Shown: one piece after another, positions 1 through 8,483 of the stretch | How positions within the stretch are numbered: the first letter of the stretch is position 1 | Layout: every line of letters begins with the position of its first letter | From: a virus | Taxonomy: Duplodnaviria; Caudoviricetes | Direction: 5' to 3' (one strand) | Virus record (IMG/VR): IMGVR_UViG_3300029309_000027 | Span: 1 to 61,638 of that record | DNA length: 61,638 bases | Notes under the pieces: generated by a model | The model's database searches: none | Told to the model about the DNA's origin: nothing | Seen by the model: only the letters and a program-made list of their open reading frames with translations | Translations under genes and position numbers: made by a program

Positions 1-306
1 GGAGGGGATTGTACCGCTTTCCCTTTGTCCTGCTGAATGATTAGCAACACAAAAGAGGGTGACACAGCAGCGTAACTCACTGAGAATCAAGGACTTGGGA
101 TCGTGTTAGTATTGGAAAAAACGCTGAAAAATTGCAGAAATACAAATAGTAACACAAAGTCAGGCAAAGTCAAGTCGATTCGGCATCGCAATGCAAGGCG
201 CTATTGTATTATATAATCCCCATGGTAAATATTTCTCACCCCGATTTTTGATCGTGGACAATATAGACGAATTTCAGCTGTCTCTTTTTCTCCTCGTCTC
301 TAATTC
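1..306. repeat. Left direct terminal repeat (306 bp)
   Basis: Matches 61333-61638 without indels; substitutions at positions 62, 114, 122, 159 and 228. Confidence 0.95.
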
Positions 307-366
307 TTTCCCCAAACCCTGGTAGTTGGTCTATTTACAGGTCTTGACATTGTAGATTTTTTGGTG

Positions 367-374
367 TAACTTTG
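367..374 (+). promoter_or_regulatory. Bacteroidota-type -7 promoter box TAACTTTG
   Basis: Matches TAnnTTTG; CTTG (-33-like) at 343-346 with a 20-nt spacer; lies upstream of the first + strand gene. Confidence 0.6.
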
Positions 375-539
375 CCAAGACTCCTGTTAGACAAACAAAT
401 CGAGTTTAGAATATATAAATAAGTCTACTGGGTCAATTATTTTGGTGAATTAGGGGAGGCTGTGCCTTGTACTCCCGTCTAGTTAAAGTGATACTTTAAG
501 TCCCACCCCCGTATTACAGCTTATTGTATCTTTACTTCT

Positions 540-1829
540 ATGAGACTCAGGAAGATGCAAAACGGCGGGTACCCTGCCAACGTCAAGGAGCTCCTCGAGG
601 GGTTGGAATCCGACTTGAGGCCCAATACACTGGCCACTGTACCGCGAGATTTAGACATCGAGGCCAACAGACGCCGCCGTGTTGACGGTCCCAACGCAAT
701 TCCTATGCCTTATGGGCTGCAGGACTTCACCCCACCCCCTCCTGAGCGCCCGATCGGTGGGGATCAGGTCTTCTACACCCCAGAAGAACAGAGATTCCGC
801 GAATACTCTCGCCCTGGTGGGGGTAGAGACCAGATGAAAGAGCAGATGGGGGAGGTTGCCGCTGGATTCGTACCTGGTTTGGGGGATGCGATGGAGATTG
901 GGTACATCGGACGGGACGCTGCCGCAGGTGACTACGACGCAGCTGGCCTTGGTGCCCTGTTGATGCTCCTCCCTGGGGCTATGGGCAAGTATGGTGTTGA
1001 CGCTTATCAGAAATTGCGAGCTGCGCTGCCTGACCGAAAGCGAACTCAGGCAATTAACGACGTGCTCAAGAACTATATGACGCGCCTCACTCCGTTTCAG
1101 CGCGGATTGCGTGAGCAGGAGATGCAAAAGGGCAGGCAGACTGTGTCGAGGTTTATCGATGAGACAAACGACAGCCAGACTAGGTTGAACAGAGCGCGTA
1201 CCGCAAAGCCTCTTACCGCGTACAATAATATGCCAGCGGATCTCGTCTCTGACAGTCGAATCCTAGATGAAAGCATCCCGTTGGCCCAGCGGAAGCAGAT
1301 GATCTATGAACGGGCATCCATGCAGCCTGACTATCCCATGCTGAAAGAGCAGCTAGATGAGATGAGCGATGCCGACTTTATGGAAATGATTGAGGCAACC
1401 AGACGTGGAGAGGACGCACAAGAGATGCTTCTTGGTGAATACAGGAATTTCACTGGGATCCCTGAAGACGTTCTGTCTTTGGCAGCATCACGTCGAGGGG
1501 GCATGCCGCTGGACGAGTATGTGCGCAGGCTTGCAGGCAATCCAGACCCCTCTCTCCCGATCTCCCCAGAGGAGCAGCGTCAGTTCCTGAGATTTCTAGA
1601 CGAAAAAGGAGCTGATGATTTGGATACAGATCTGCTTATGCAGGTCATGAAATACCAAGAGAAGAATGCAGGTAAACTTCCAAGCGAGGAGATCATCAAG
1701 AACCTGGAGAGCATCTTGCGCAGGCAACGTCTTGGTGTGGCCCCATACCAGCTTGAATTCAATTCTAGAAACGCACCACTGCTGAACGAGAAGGGCGGTA
1801 AGATCCCCTACAAGATCATCAAGAGATGA
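540..1829 (+). CDS. Putative virion-internal cargo protein with pre-toxin-TG-like segment
   Basis: 429-aa ORF; GFVPGLGDA...GDYDAAGLGALLMLLPG motif; N-terminal MQNGG and C-terminal NEKGGK tags; near-consensus box TATCTTTA 5 nt before the ATG. Confidence 0.6.
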   Translation: MRLRKMQNGGYPANVKELLEGLESDLRPNTLATVPRDLDIEANRRRRVDGPNAIPMPYGLQDFTPPPPERPIGGDQVFYTPEEQRFREYSRPGGGRDQMKEQMGEVAAGFVPGLGDAMEIGYIGRDAAAGDYDAAGLGALLMLLPGAMGKYGVDAYQKLRAALPDRKRTQAINDVLKNYMTRLTPFQRGLREQEMQKGRQTVSRFIDETNDSQTRLNRARTAKPLTAYNNMPADLVSDSRILDESIPLAQRKQMIYERASMQPDYPMLKEQLDEMSDADFMEMIEATRRGEDAQEMLLGEYRNFTGIPEDVLSLAASRRGGMPLDEYVRRLAGNPDPSLPISPEEQRQFLRFLDEKGADDLDTDLLMQVMKYQEKNAGKLPSEEIIKNLESILRRQRLGVAPYQLEFNSRNAPLLNEKGGKIPYKIIKR

Positions 1830-4800
1830 AGAACAGAAAGAAAAAGGCCCCTGGTGCCTACCTCAAGAAAAAAAAAGTAAAGAAGTATCAAGAGGGGGGT
1901 AAGGAGCCTGGGGTAAAAGACCTATTGAGTTACCTCGAGGGTTTTGACCCTAATAGGCGCATGCAAGTCCCTACTTCTGATGCCTTCGATATCCCAGTAG
2001 CTCAAGTCAATCTCCCTGCTGCTGAAGTGGTGACAGAGGGGACAGAGACCACTGTAAACCGCATGCTGCCTGAGCGCCTGGCCAAAACCGAAGGGGACCT
2101 GGCGGCGATCTACAAGGAACTTGGTAGTGAGGGGGTCGATAAGTACCTGGATATGACCCAAGGGGTAGTGGATGCACAGAACAGGGCGTATGAGCTCATT
2201 GAGCCTTTCTTGTACCTGACCCCGATGGGGACCCCAGCAATGCTTAACCATATTGTCAATAACCTAGAGGATTACAACCCACAGGATCCTGAGGGGGCGC
2301 TGAACCTGGCTGGTGCTCTCGCTACGTTTGGTAGAGGCAAAGCCCCACAGCCTGTTACTATTGCAGAGCGTTTTGCCATGCAGGGGCTGAAGGATAAGGT
2401 GACAGAGAAGTTCAGGCAGATCTTCCCGCGTAAACCTGAGATTGTCCCTGGTACTGGTCGCCCTCAGGGCGCCCCGTCACAATCTGGTATGTTCAGCGCA
2501 ATGGAAGAGGCAGCTACAGAAGCAGAGTTTGCAAGAACACTAGCTCTCCCAGGGTCGCAAACTCCAGCAGCAAGAATTTCCCCCCTGGCAGAACAGACTT
2601 TCCGTAGGGATGATGCATCAGGTCTAGCAGCCTTGACACGCTTAATATCTGACCCAAAAACAAAGTTTGAAGACCTGCCCCGCCTGGCCCAATCTGCGAT
2701 CACGGGGCGGCATGCTTCGTATGATGATAACAAACCTGGCTATCAAATCATTCGCAATGCTTTGTTGGCCAGGGGGTATGTCAATCCCGATCGTGATTCT
2801 GCTCCAGGCTATACTCTCTTTCAAAACAGAAGTGCTGGTAGTCTAGAACCTTCAAGCTTTACTCTTCTGGAGGACACGAGAACCTGGCGGCAAACAAAAC
2901 AGGGTAATACCCTAGGCGAGATGGGGTCGTACAACCCTTGGTCGGTCAATCCATTTGTGGGATCAAATAAAGCGCTGGCAAAAAATATCCAGCAGATCCC
3001 CCTTCTGATAGGAGATAAGTTCTTGAACAAGGTTCGTAAGCAGAAAGGCACTGGACTTTTGGAAATCGAATCCCTCAAAGAGCAGCTCAATGCAAAAGGG
3101 GTAAAAGAAAAAGACAGGGCGTTGATTTTAGACCTCGTTGACAATCTCACTGAGCATGATATGTTACCTCAAGAGGGCTATATCGACCCAAGTCAGCTCA
3201 GGGGATATATCGCCGCGTACTACACGGACAACAGAACTACGGGTCAATTCTTTGACCCTGAAGATTTTCTAGATGAAGATGGTCGTCGTCTCTTCGAGGA
3301 TGGACAACTTGGAATCGATCAAGCCGATAATTACTTGAACTTCAAGTACTCTGGTTACGGGATGAAAAACCTGGGGTATAAGACAGTACCTGTTGATGGA
3401 GTAGACGTCCGAAACAATTTCTTTGACCCCGCAGGCAACCCCTTCCAGATCCAGATCTACGGTGTAGCGGCAGAAAATCCTACGTTAGCACCAAGCTATG
3501 CTACGGGATACCTGTATGAAAGTCAAGAGGGACACATGGGTCATGTGAGAGAAATCTTGGTCACACCAAAAGATGGGGGGGCCAAGAGGCACTACATTGT
3601 TGAGATACAGTCTAACGCCCTGCAGAAAAACAAGCTACCAGAAAATCTGCAGTATATTGAACCCAGGGCCATTCACGCATCGGCTAGACCAGAGCTAGAT
3701 GGGAAAATGAAATTCCTCAACCTATCTACTGGCCTGGATGCGGAAGCTGTTTTTGGTGATCCCAATCCGTTGAACAGTGCCTTGTGGGCCACCACGGATC
3801 CCTACAGCAAGTTTCGACAGCACGGCAGGATCGATAACATACCTGAAATGGTAGAGGATATGCCACATGCATACGACCCTAAATACTGGGATGGGGTTGT
3901 GGAGTATCACAACAACCTGCTCCGAAAGATCGGAGATACTAATGATTTCGGATCCAGTGGGTATGCAGGGCGGCGACTGCTAGAGCAGGGTACTAAGCAA
4001 ACCAGAGAGTTTGCTGCAGATGAACTTCGACAGAATCTTCGAGACATGGTCGATCGGCAAAAACGTGACGCCATAGACAAGGGCTTTGTTACGTACCTGC
4101 CTAAGACGGTACAGGGGACAAACTTCACCGAAGCGGAGATAGAGAACCACCCGTTGGTAGAAGACTTGAGGGTAAGCCGTGAGGGGATTTATACTGTTTA
4201 CCTGCCTGATGGGATCGTGTATGTGACTAAGAAGTATAGAGGGGGCGAGGATGTTTCATCAATCATCACGGGAGACCTAAGCGAAATCACAAGAGTGCTG
4301 ATGAACGATCATTGGGGCCGTTTTTCGGATAAAATGTATTTTGCTCGTCAGGTACAATTCTATGGGTATATCCCTGTCACGTACAGGGATGTATTAGGTA
4401 CAAATATTACGATGTTCCCAGACCAGGTCATGGCGCCTCTGGAGGATCAGTGGAAAATGGCTAATCTGGCCACGCGCAATGCATCTTTGGACCTTCAAGA
4501 ATATGTTACTGAGCAGGGTCAAAATGCCAGTCGTCTGCAGCAGTATCTGGAAATGAACGACTTGAACCCCCCTGGCACGTTTACTGACGCTCGGCTTCAG
4601 GATTCATTTGATCAGGAGGCTGAGTTCTACAACATGCAGAGCAAGTTGAGGGCGCTCTATGAGGAGGTAAACATCGATCAACTAGAAAAGTGGGATAGAC
4701 GTCCGAAAGTCCCGAAAAACAATCCTGAGCAAAAAAACCTACTGAAAAACAAGACTCAGTTCATGTTGACCGAGTACTTGACGGACCTAATCGGTACATA

Positions 4801-5554
4801 CGCTCAGGGTGGGAGTGACGCGAGGATTTTTGTCCCAACCCCAGAAACCGCAGCATCGGTTCAGGGCTTCTATATGACAACTGCTTATAATTTGGCCAGT
4901 GCCCGAGCGAGAGTAGCCGAATATGAGAGGTTGTATAAGGAAGCTGAGGAAGGGCTGCGAGAGCTTCGTCAGAAGTATGGTATCAAAGCATTAGAACCGC
5001 GTTTCATTCAGCTTACAAGTTCATATAGTGACCCTATATCTCATGACTTTGGTTATGATGATTGGATCAAGAAGCAGTACCCTAGATTAACGCGTCAGGA
5101 TCAGCCTAGTAAAGGTTATGTACGTGATGCTTTGCCTAAGGATATGCTTGGAATCGATCGCCGTAACTATCACGAATTGATAAAAGACCTTGAAGAATAT
5201 AGTACTGAAAGTCGTAGAGTACAAAGTGAAATGGATAGGATTGCAGACCTTGAGAAAACTCTAGAGGAGCAGAAGAAATCTGGGGTGAAGCACCACTATG
5301 CTATGAATCCAGACGGCGGTATGAGCCAGGGGTCAGCTGATAAGATTCACTTTACGGTAAAAGCGTATGCGGATTTGCCTAAGGTCCTCAAGGATATGGG
5401 TATTACGTACAAGGAGCATACCGACGACCTGGGTAACACATGGCTAGAGTTGGATTTGAGCGCAGCCCAACGCATCGGTGCTGGTACATTCAAGGCTTAC
5501 CAACGAGGTGGCAAAGTGATAAAGAAATCACCATTCAAACTGATCAAAAAATGA
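1826..5554 (+). CDS. Large putative virion-internal (polyvalent-type) protein
   Basis: 1242-aa ORF with ATGA overlap; YQEGGK and YQRGGK tags; GHVRE...VEIQS and TDDLGNTWLEL motifs resembling large phage cargo proteins. Confidence 0.55.
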   Translation: MKNRKKKAPGAYLKKKKVKKYQEGGKEPGVKDLLSYLEGFDPNRRMQVPTSDAFDIPVAQVNLPAAEVVTEGTETTVNRMLPERLAKTEGDLAAIYKELGSEGVDKYLDMTQGVVDAQNRAYELIEPFLYLTPMGTPAMLNHIVNNLEDYNPQDPEGALNLAGALATFGRGKAPQPVTIAERFAMQGLKDKVTEKFRQIFPRKPEIVPGTGRPQGAPSQSGMFSAMEEAATEAEFARTLALPGSQTPAARISPLAEQTFRRDDASGLAALTRLISDPKTKFEDLPRLAQSAITGRHASYDDNKPGYQIIRNALLARGYVNPDRDSAPGYTLFQNRSAGSLEPSSFTLLEDTRTWRQTKQGNTLGEMGSYNPWSVNPFVGSNKALAKNIQQIPLLIGDKFLNKVRKQKGTGLLEIESLKEQLNAKGVKEKDRALILDLVDNLTEHDMLPQEGYIDPSQLRGYIAAYYTDNRTTGQFFDPEDFLDEDGRRLFEDGQLGIDQADNYLNFKYSGYGMKNLGYKTVPVDGVDVRNNFFDPAGNPFQIQIYGVAAENPTLAPSYATGYLYESQEGHMGHVREILVTPKDGGAKRHYIVEIQSNALQKNKLPENLQYIEPRAIHASARPELDGKMKFLNLSTGLDAEAVFGDPNPLNSALWATTDPYSKFRQHGRIDNIPEMVEDMPHAYDPKYWDGVVEYHNNLLRKIGDTNDFGSSGYAGRRLLEQGTKQTREFAADELRQNLRDMVDRQKRDAIDKGFVTYLPKTVQGTNFTEAEIENHPLVEDLRVSREGIYTVYLPDGIVYVTKKYRGGEDVSSIITGDLSEITRVLMNDHWGRFSDKMYFARQVQFYGYIPVTYRDVLGTNITMFPDQVMAPLEDQWKMANLATRNASLDLQEYVTEQGQNASRLQQYLEMNDLNPPGTFTDARLQDSFDQEAEFYNMQSKLRALYEEVNIDQLEKWDRRPKVPKNNPEQKNLLKNKTQFMLTEYLTDLIGTYAQGGSDARIFVPTPETAASVQGFYMTTAYNLASARARVAEYERLYKEAEEGLRELRQKYGIKALEPRFIQLTSSYSDPISHDFGYDDWIKKQYPRLTRQDQPSKGYVRDALPKDMLGIDRRNYHELIKDLEEYSTESRRVQSEMDRIADLEKTLEEQKKSGVKHHYAMNPDGGMSQGSADKIHFTVKAYADLPKVLKDMGITYKEHTDDLGNTWLELDLSAAQRIGAGTFKAYQRGGKVIKKSPFKLIKK

Positions 5555-5685
5555 GAGAAGAAGAGTGGGATACCCCCACGTTCCTAGACAAGAAGAAGCT
5601 TCAGGAGACAGAAGAGAAACTGGAGTCAGGGGAGATCACCTGCAACATCGACTCCCCAGAGGACTGCGAATCCTGCTCTGGCTAA
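5551..5685 (+). CDS. 44-aa acidic Cys-motif peptide ending CNIDSPEDCESCSG
   Basis: ATG at 5551 overlaps the upstream TGA; fills the gap before the next promoter. Confidence 0.7.
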   Translation: MREEEWDTPTFLDKKKLQETEEKLESGEITCNIDSPEDCESCSG

Positions 5686-5691
5686 TCATCT

Positions 5692-5699
5692 TATATTTG
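5692..5699 (+). promoter_or_regulatory. -7 promoter box TATATTTG (leaderless, 4 nt before ATG)
   Basis: TAnnTTTG; TTATATTTG recurs before six + strand genes. Confidence 0.75.
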
Positions 5700-5703
5700 T
5701 AAT

Positions 5704-6156
5704 ATGTCAACACTATCAGTTTCTATCGCTGAGAAGCTTAACCTGAACGGTAAGGACCGTGGCAGTGTTATCACAAAAGACATCTCCAGTATCACTGAGA
5801 CCTTCCACCGCATTATGGATGTGAAGACCTCAGGGACGCAGACGATCTTAGAGATGGATGCCACAGAGGGGAACTCAGCTGGTGGTAAACTCTTCAGCGA
5901 CAACGTCAAGTACTTGCGTATCACTAATTTGGACGGGACAAACTTTGTTGCCCTCACAGTGCAGAACGATGGTACTGAAGAGTACATGGTGAAGTTGGAG
6001 GCTGGCCAGAGCTACGTCCTTTTTAACAGTAGCCTTGACGCCAACGCGGCGGGAGACAATAGCGCAGCGGCAGGCAATCTGACCGCAATCGATAACGTAT
6101 TGGCCAGAGCGAATAGCGCTTCTTGCCAGGTAGAAGTTTTTGCAGCATTAGAATGA
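5704..6156 (+). CDS. Small beta-rich virion structural protein
   Basis: 150 aa; KYLRITNLD...VKLEAGQSY resembles the proteins at 19320 and 19715. Confidence 0.6.
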   Translation: MSTLSVSIAEKLNLNGKDRGSVITKDISSITETFHRIMDVKTSGTQTILEMDATEGNSAGGKLFSDNVKYLRITNLDGTNFVALTVQNDGTEEYMVKLEAGQSYVLFNSSLDANAAGDNSAAAGNLTAIDNVLARANSASCQVEVFAALE

Positions 6157-6803
6157 GATTAAAAAGAAAAAATATGTACATGGGTGGGGGTAAGACCCCG
6201 ATGTACATGGGTGGTGGCATGATGTATGGTGACGGCGGCATGATGTACGGTGACGGCGGCATGATGTACGACGAGGGAGGCAAGCTCAAGATGGTCGAGA
6301 AGGACGGCAAGAAAGTCCCGTTCTTCCTGGCGGAGGAGGGAATGAAGTATGGTAACGGTGGCATGCAGCCTGATGAAGATCGTATGACTATGCCCCCCAG
6401 AGCCATGGGTCGGGATCGCTTTGCGACAGATCAATACTTTGCAGAGAAAGGAATGGAAGCCGCTTTGCGACAGGACATGCGCAAAGAAAACCGAATGGCA
6501 AATCGTGAGGGTCGTAGAACAGGGTACTTCCCCGCTCGCCCTAGCGATACCGAGTTTCTTTTAAAGCGTTTGGAGAATCCAGAGACCACAAGGGACGCCA
6601 TGGTAAATAAGGGTTTCCGTAACGAAAGCGCCCGTATGCTGGCCAGAAATGCTTTGCTTGCTGCTCTTGGTCTCGGTGTCAGCGAATACACCAAAACCCC
6701 TAAGACCGTTCAGGGCCCCCTCGGACCTGGTGGTCAGCCTGTCCCTGTAGACTTGAACACGCTGCAGCGCATTGGAATGATGTTGGGTCTCGGTCCGTAT
6801 TAA
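6153..6803 (+). CDS. Putative cargo protein with tandem MYxxGG repeats
   Basis: Start re-assigned to ATG 6153; MYMGGG x2, MYGDGG x2, MYDEGG, YGNGG. Confidence 0.7.
   Translation: MRLKRKNMYMGGGKTPMYMGGGMMYGDGGMMYGDGGMMYDEGGKLKMVEKDGKKVPFFLAEEGMKYGNGGMQPDEDRMTMPPRAMGRDRFATDQYFAEKGMEAALRQDMRKENRMANREGRRTGYFPARPSDTEFLLKRLENPETTRDAMVNKGFRNESARMLARNALLAALGLGVSEYTKTPKTVQGPLGPGGQPVPVDLNTLQRIGMMLGLGPY
6219..6281 (+). repeat. 21-nt coding tandem repeat (about 3 copies) atgatgtaYggtgacggcggc
   Basis: Units at 6219, 6240 and 6261 (third is degenerate). Confidence 0.85.
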
Positions 6804-6866
6804 TGCCGAACAAGCATTACTTCAATCCCAGGCTGAAGAGGTATGACAAAATAAAATCAGGGAAGC

Positions 6867-7343
6867 GTGAAGCTAGAGGTAGTAAGGTTCAGTTCAGAGA
6901 TGGACTCCACAAACGGAGCGCTCTTCGACATAACAGACGACACTCGCCGCTTTCTGTGTTACACACTAGAAGACGAGCATCGTGATGAAAAAGTGGCTGG
7001 GGAAACCAGAATACCTGCTGGAGAGTATAGTGTTACTCTTAGAAGAATTGGTGGGTTTCATGATCGATATGCTAGTCGCTTTAGGACGATACACAAAGGC
7101 ATGTTGTGGGTCCGTGATGTACCTGGTTTTGAATACATTCTCATTCATTGCGGTAATACTGATGAGAATACTTCTGGGTGTTTGCTTGTGGGTGATACAC
7201 AGGAAAACAATCAGATCAAGAAGGGTGGGTTCATAGGACACAGTACCAGAGCATACTTCCGAGTTTACCCTTACATCGCTTCTGCTATTGAGCGAAAGGA
7301 AGAAGTTACTATCTTGTACTCTGATTTCGATACACCTAGATAA
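6867..7343 (+). CDS. DUF5675-family (L,D-transpeptidase-like) putative peptidoglycan enzyme/endolysin
   Basis: YTLED...GETRIPAGEY...VPGFEYILIHCGNT...TSGCLLVG, with a His/Cys motif. Confidence 0.8.
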   Translation: MKLEVVRFSSEMDSTNGALFDITDDTRRFLCYTLEDEHRDEKVAGETRIPAGEYSVTLRRIGGFHDRYASRFRTIHKGMLWVRDVPGFEYILIHCGNTDENTSGCLLVGDTQENNQIKKGGFIGHSTRAYFRVYPYIASAIERKEEVTILYSDFDTPR

Positions 7344-7345
7344 CT

Positions 7346-7516
7346 ATGCTGGATTTTATCATTGAAAACTGGGGTGAGCTGGTCATTGGACTCCTCGCTT
7401 TCGCCAAGGTTGTTGTGAACCTGACTCCAACGGAGACCGATAACAAGATTTTCGGCTGGCTCGATAGTATGATTAACATGATCATCGAGGACCGCAGAAA
7501 AACCCCTACGAGCTGA
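7346..7516 (+). CDS. Small membrane protein, putative holin (56 aa, absent from ORF track)
   Basis: MLDFIIENWGELVIGLLAFAKVVVNLTPTETDNKIFGWLD...; TM helix plus TPTxxD motif; directly follows DUF5675. Confidence 0.7.
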   Translation: MLDFIIENWGELVIGLLAFAKVVVNLTPTETDNKIFGWLDSMINMIIEDRRKTPTS

Positions 7517-7919
7517 GGCTCCTGTAGAACCTCTGTACCATTAGCCTTCCCTTTTGAGTTAAGGCGTATCTAACCCTGTAGTTGTATTTAGTCTCCTCCC
7601 TGAAGAGGTGGTCCTCTCTGGTTTGAGACGGGGTTAGTCTATCGAAGTACTTATGGATGTAACCTTCTTTCATCAGAGGGTATACTATCCTATCCCCTAG
7701 TTTTTTCTTGTGCATCCCGTATTCTTTTGATGCATACTTGAGGGTCCAGAATTCTAGGTCATATGCCCAGAGCAGGAAGAATACTTCCTTTTGGTATAAT
7801 TCATACTTGTCTTGAGTTTCCAGCAAGCTGGACCTCAGTGACTTGAGGTGGTTGTTATTTAAGTATCTTTGAGGTAGACGGGAACTTTCCCGAAACATCT
7901 TATTTATAGACCGCTTCAT
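7506..7919 (-). CDS. Putative winged-helix transcription regulator (start uncertain)
   Basis: Only - strand gene in the late arm; ...YPLMKEGYIHKY...RVRYALTQKGR resembles a MarR-like wing. Confidence 0.6.
   Translation of the reverse strand: MKRSINKMFRESSRLPQRYLNNNHLKSLRSSLLETQDKYELYQKEVFFLLWAYDLEFWTLKYASKEYGMHKKKLGDRIVYPLMKEGYIHKYFDRLTPSQTREDHLFREETKYNYRVRYALTQKGRLMVQRFYRSLSS
7864..7871 (+). promoter_or_regulatory. -7 promoter box TATCTTTG for the packaging operon
   Basis: TAnnTTTG 46 nt upstream of ATG 7918, inside the antisense gene. Confidence 0.55.
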
Positions 7920-8247
7920 GTCTGAATTATCTAAGCAGGACCAATTTCTCCTTGAGATCCAAAAGGTACATCGTATCGTAGATATGCTAGTCGATAAGTA
8001 TGAGATGAGGGGTGAGGTGGTCAACATCATGCTTACTGGGATGATCTCTACAGACGAGTTTGATGAGCCTGTTTTAAAGGCTGTGTTTAGTATGGATGTG
8101 GAGAGTGAAGATGTTCTGGATGAGACATTTGACTTCTTGAGATTCTCTTATTTCTTCCCTGGTCCAGAAGACGAAGAGTGGGAGTCTGAAAATTGGTATA
8201 AAGATTTACTTGACAGTTTGGGTGGTATTGACCCATCTTTAAACTGA
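7918..8247 (+). CDS. Acidic hypothetical protein
   Basis: 109-aa ORF coupled to the next gene by TGATG. Confidence 0.7.
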   Translation: MSELSKQDQFLLEIQKVHRIVDMLVDKYEMRGEVVNIMLTGMISTDEFDEPVLKAVFSMDVESEDVLDETFDFLRFSYFFPGPEDEEWESENWYKDLLDSLGGIDPSLN

Positions 8248-8483
8248 TGAATGGACTTGTAAGAAAAATTATTATAGGGCGAGACCCGAAAAACGCCATG
8301 GCATATTATGTAGGTATGCGAGCTGGCTCTGGAGAAGTTTGTGCGATCGTACCTGATGATGAGCATCTTGATCGGTATGGTAAGATGAGATACCTGGTTT
8401 ATCAGGAGACAGACGGCACTCAAGCGCTATGGAAGGCGGTTGAAGACATGCCCTGTATAGTAGAGTTTGACTGTAACTTTTGA
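8247..8483 (+). CDS. Conserved-looking hypothetical protein
   Basis: 78 aa; RKIIIGRDPKNAMAYYVG; translationally coupled. Confidence 0.75.
   Translation: MNGLVRKIIIGRDPKNAMAYYVGMRAGSGEVCAIVPDDEHLDRYGKMRYLVYQETDGTQALWKAVEDMPCIVEFDCNF

Noticed and set aside
73-97. Integrase att site / prophage boundary
   Set aside because: No integrase, repressor or flanking host genes; the layout fits a lytic DTR genome.
1-306. Diversity-generating retroelement TR/VR pair
   Set aside because: Differences are bidirectional and non-coding, and no reverse transcriptase is present.
6219-6281. CRISPR-like mini-array
   Set aside because: In-frame tandem coding repeat without spacers; no cas genes.
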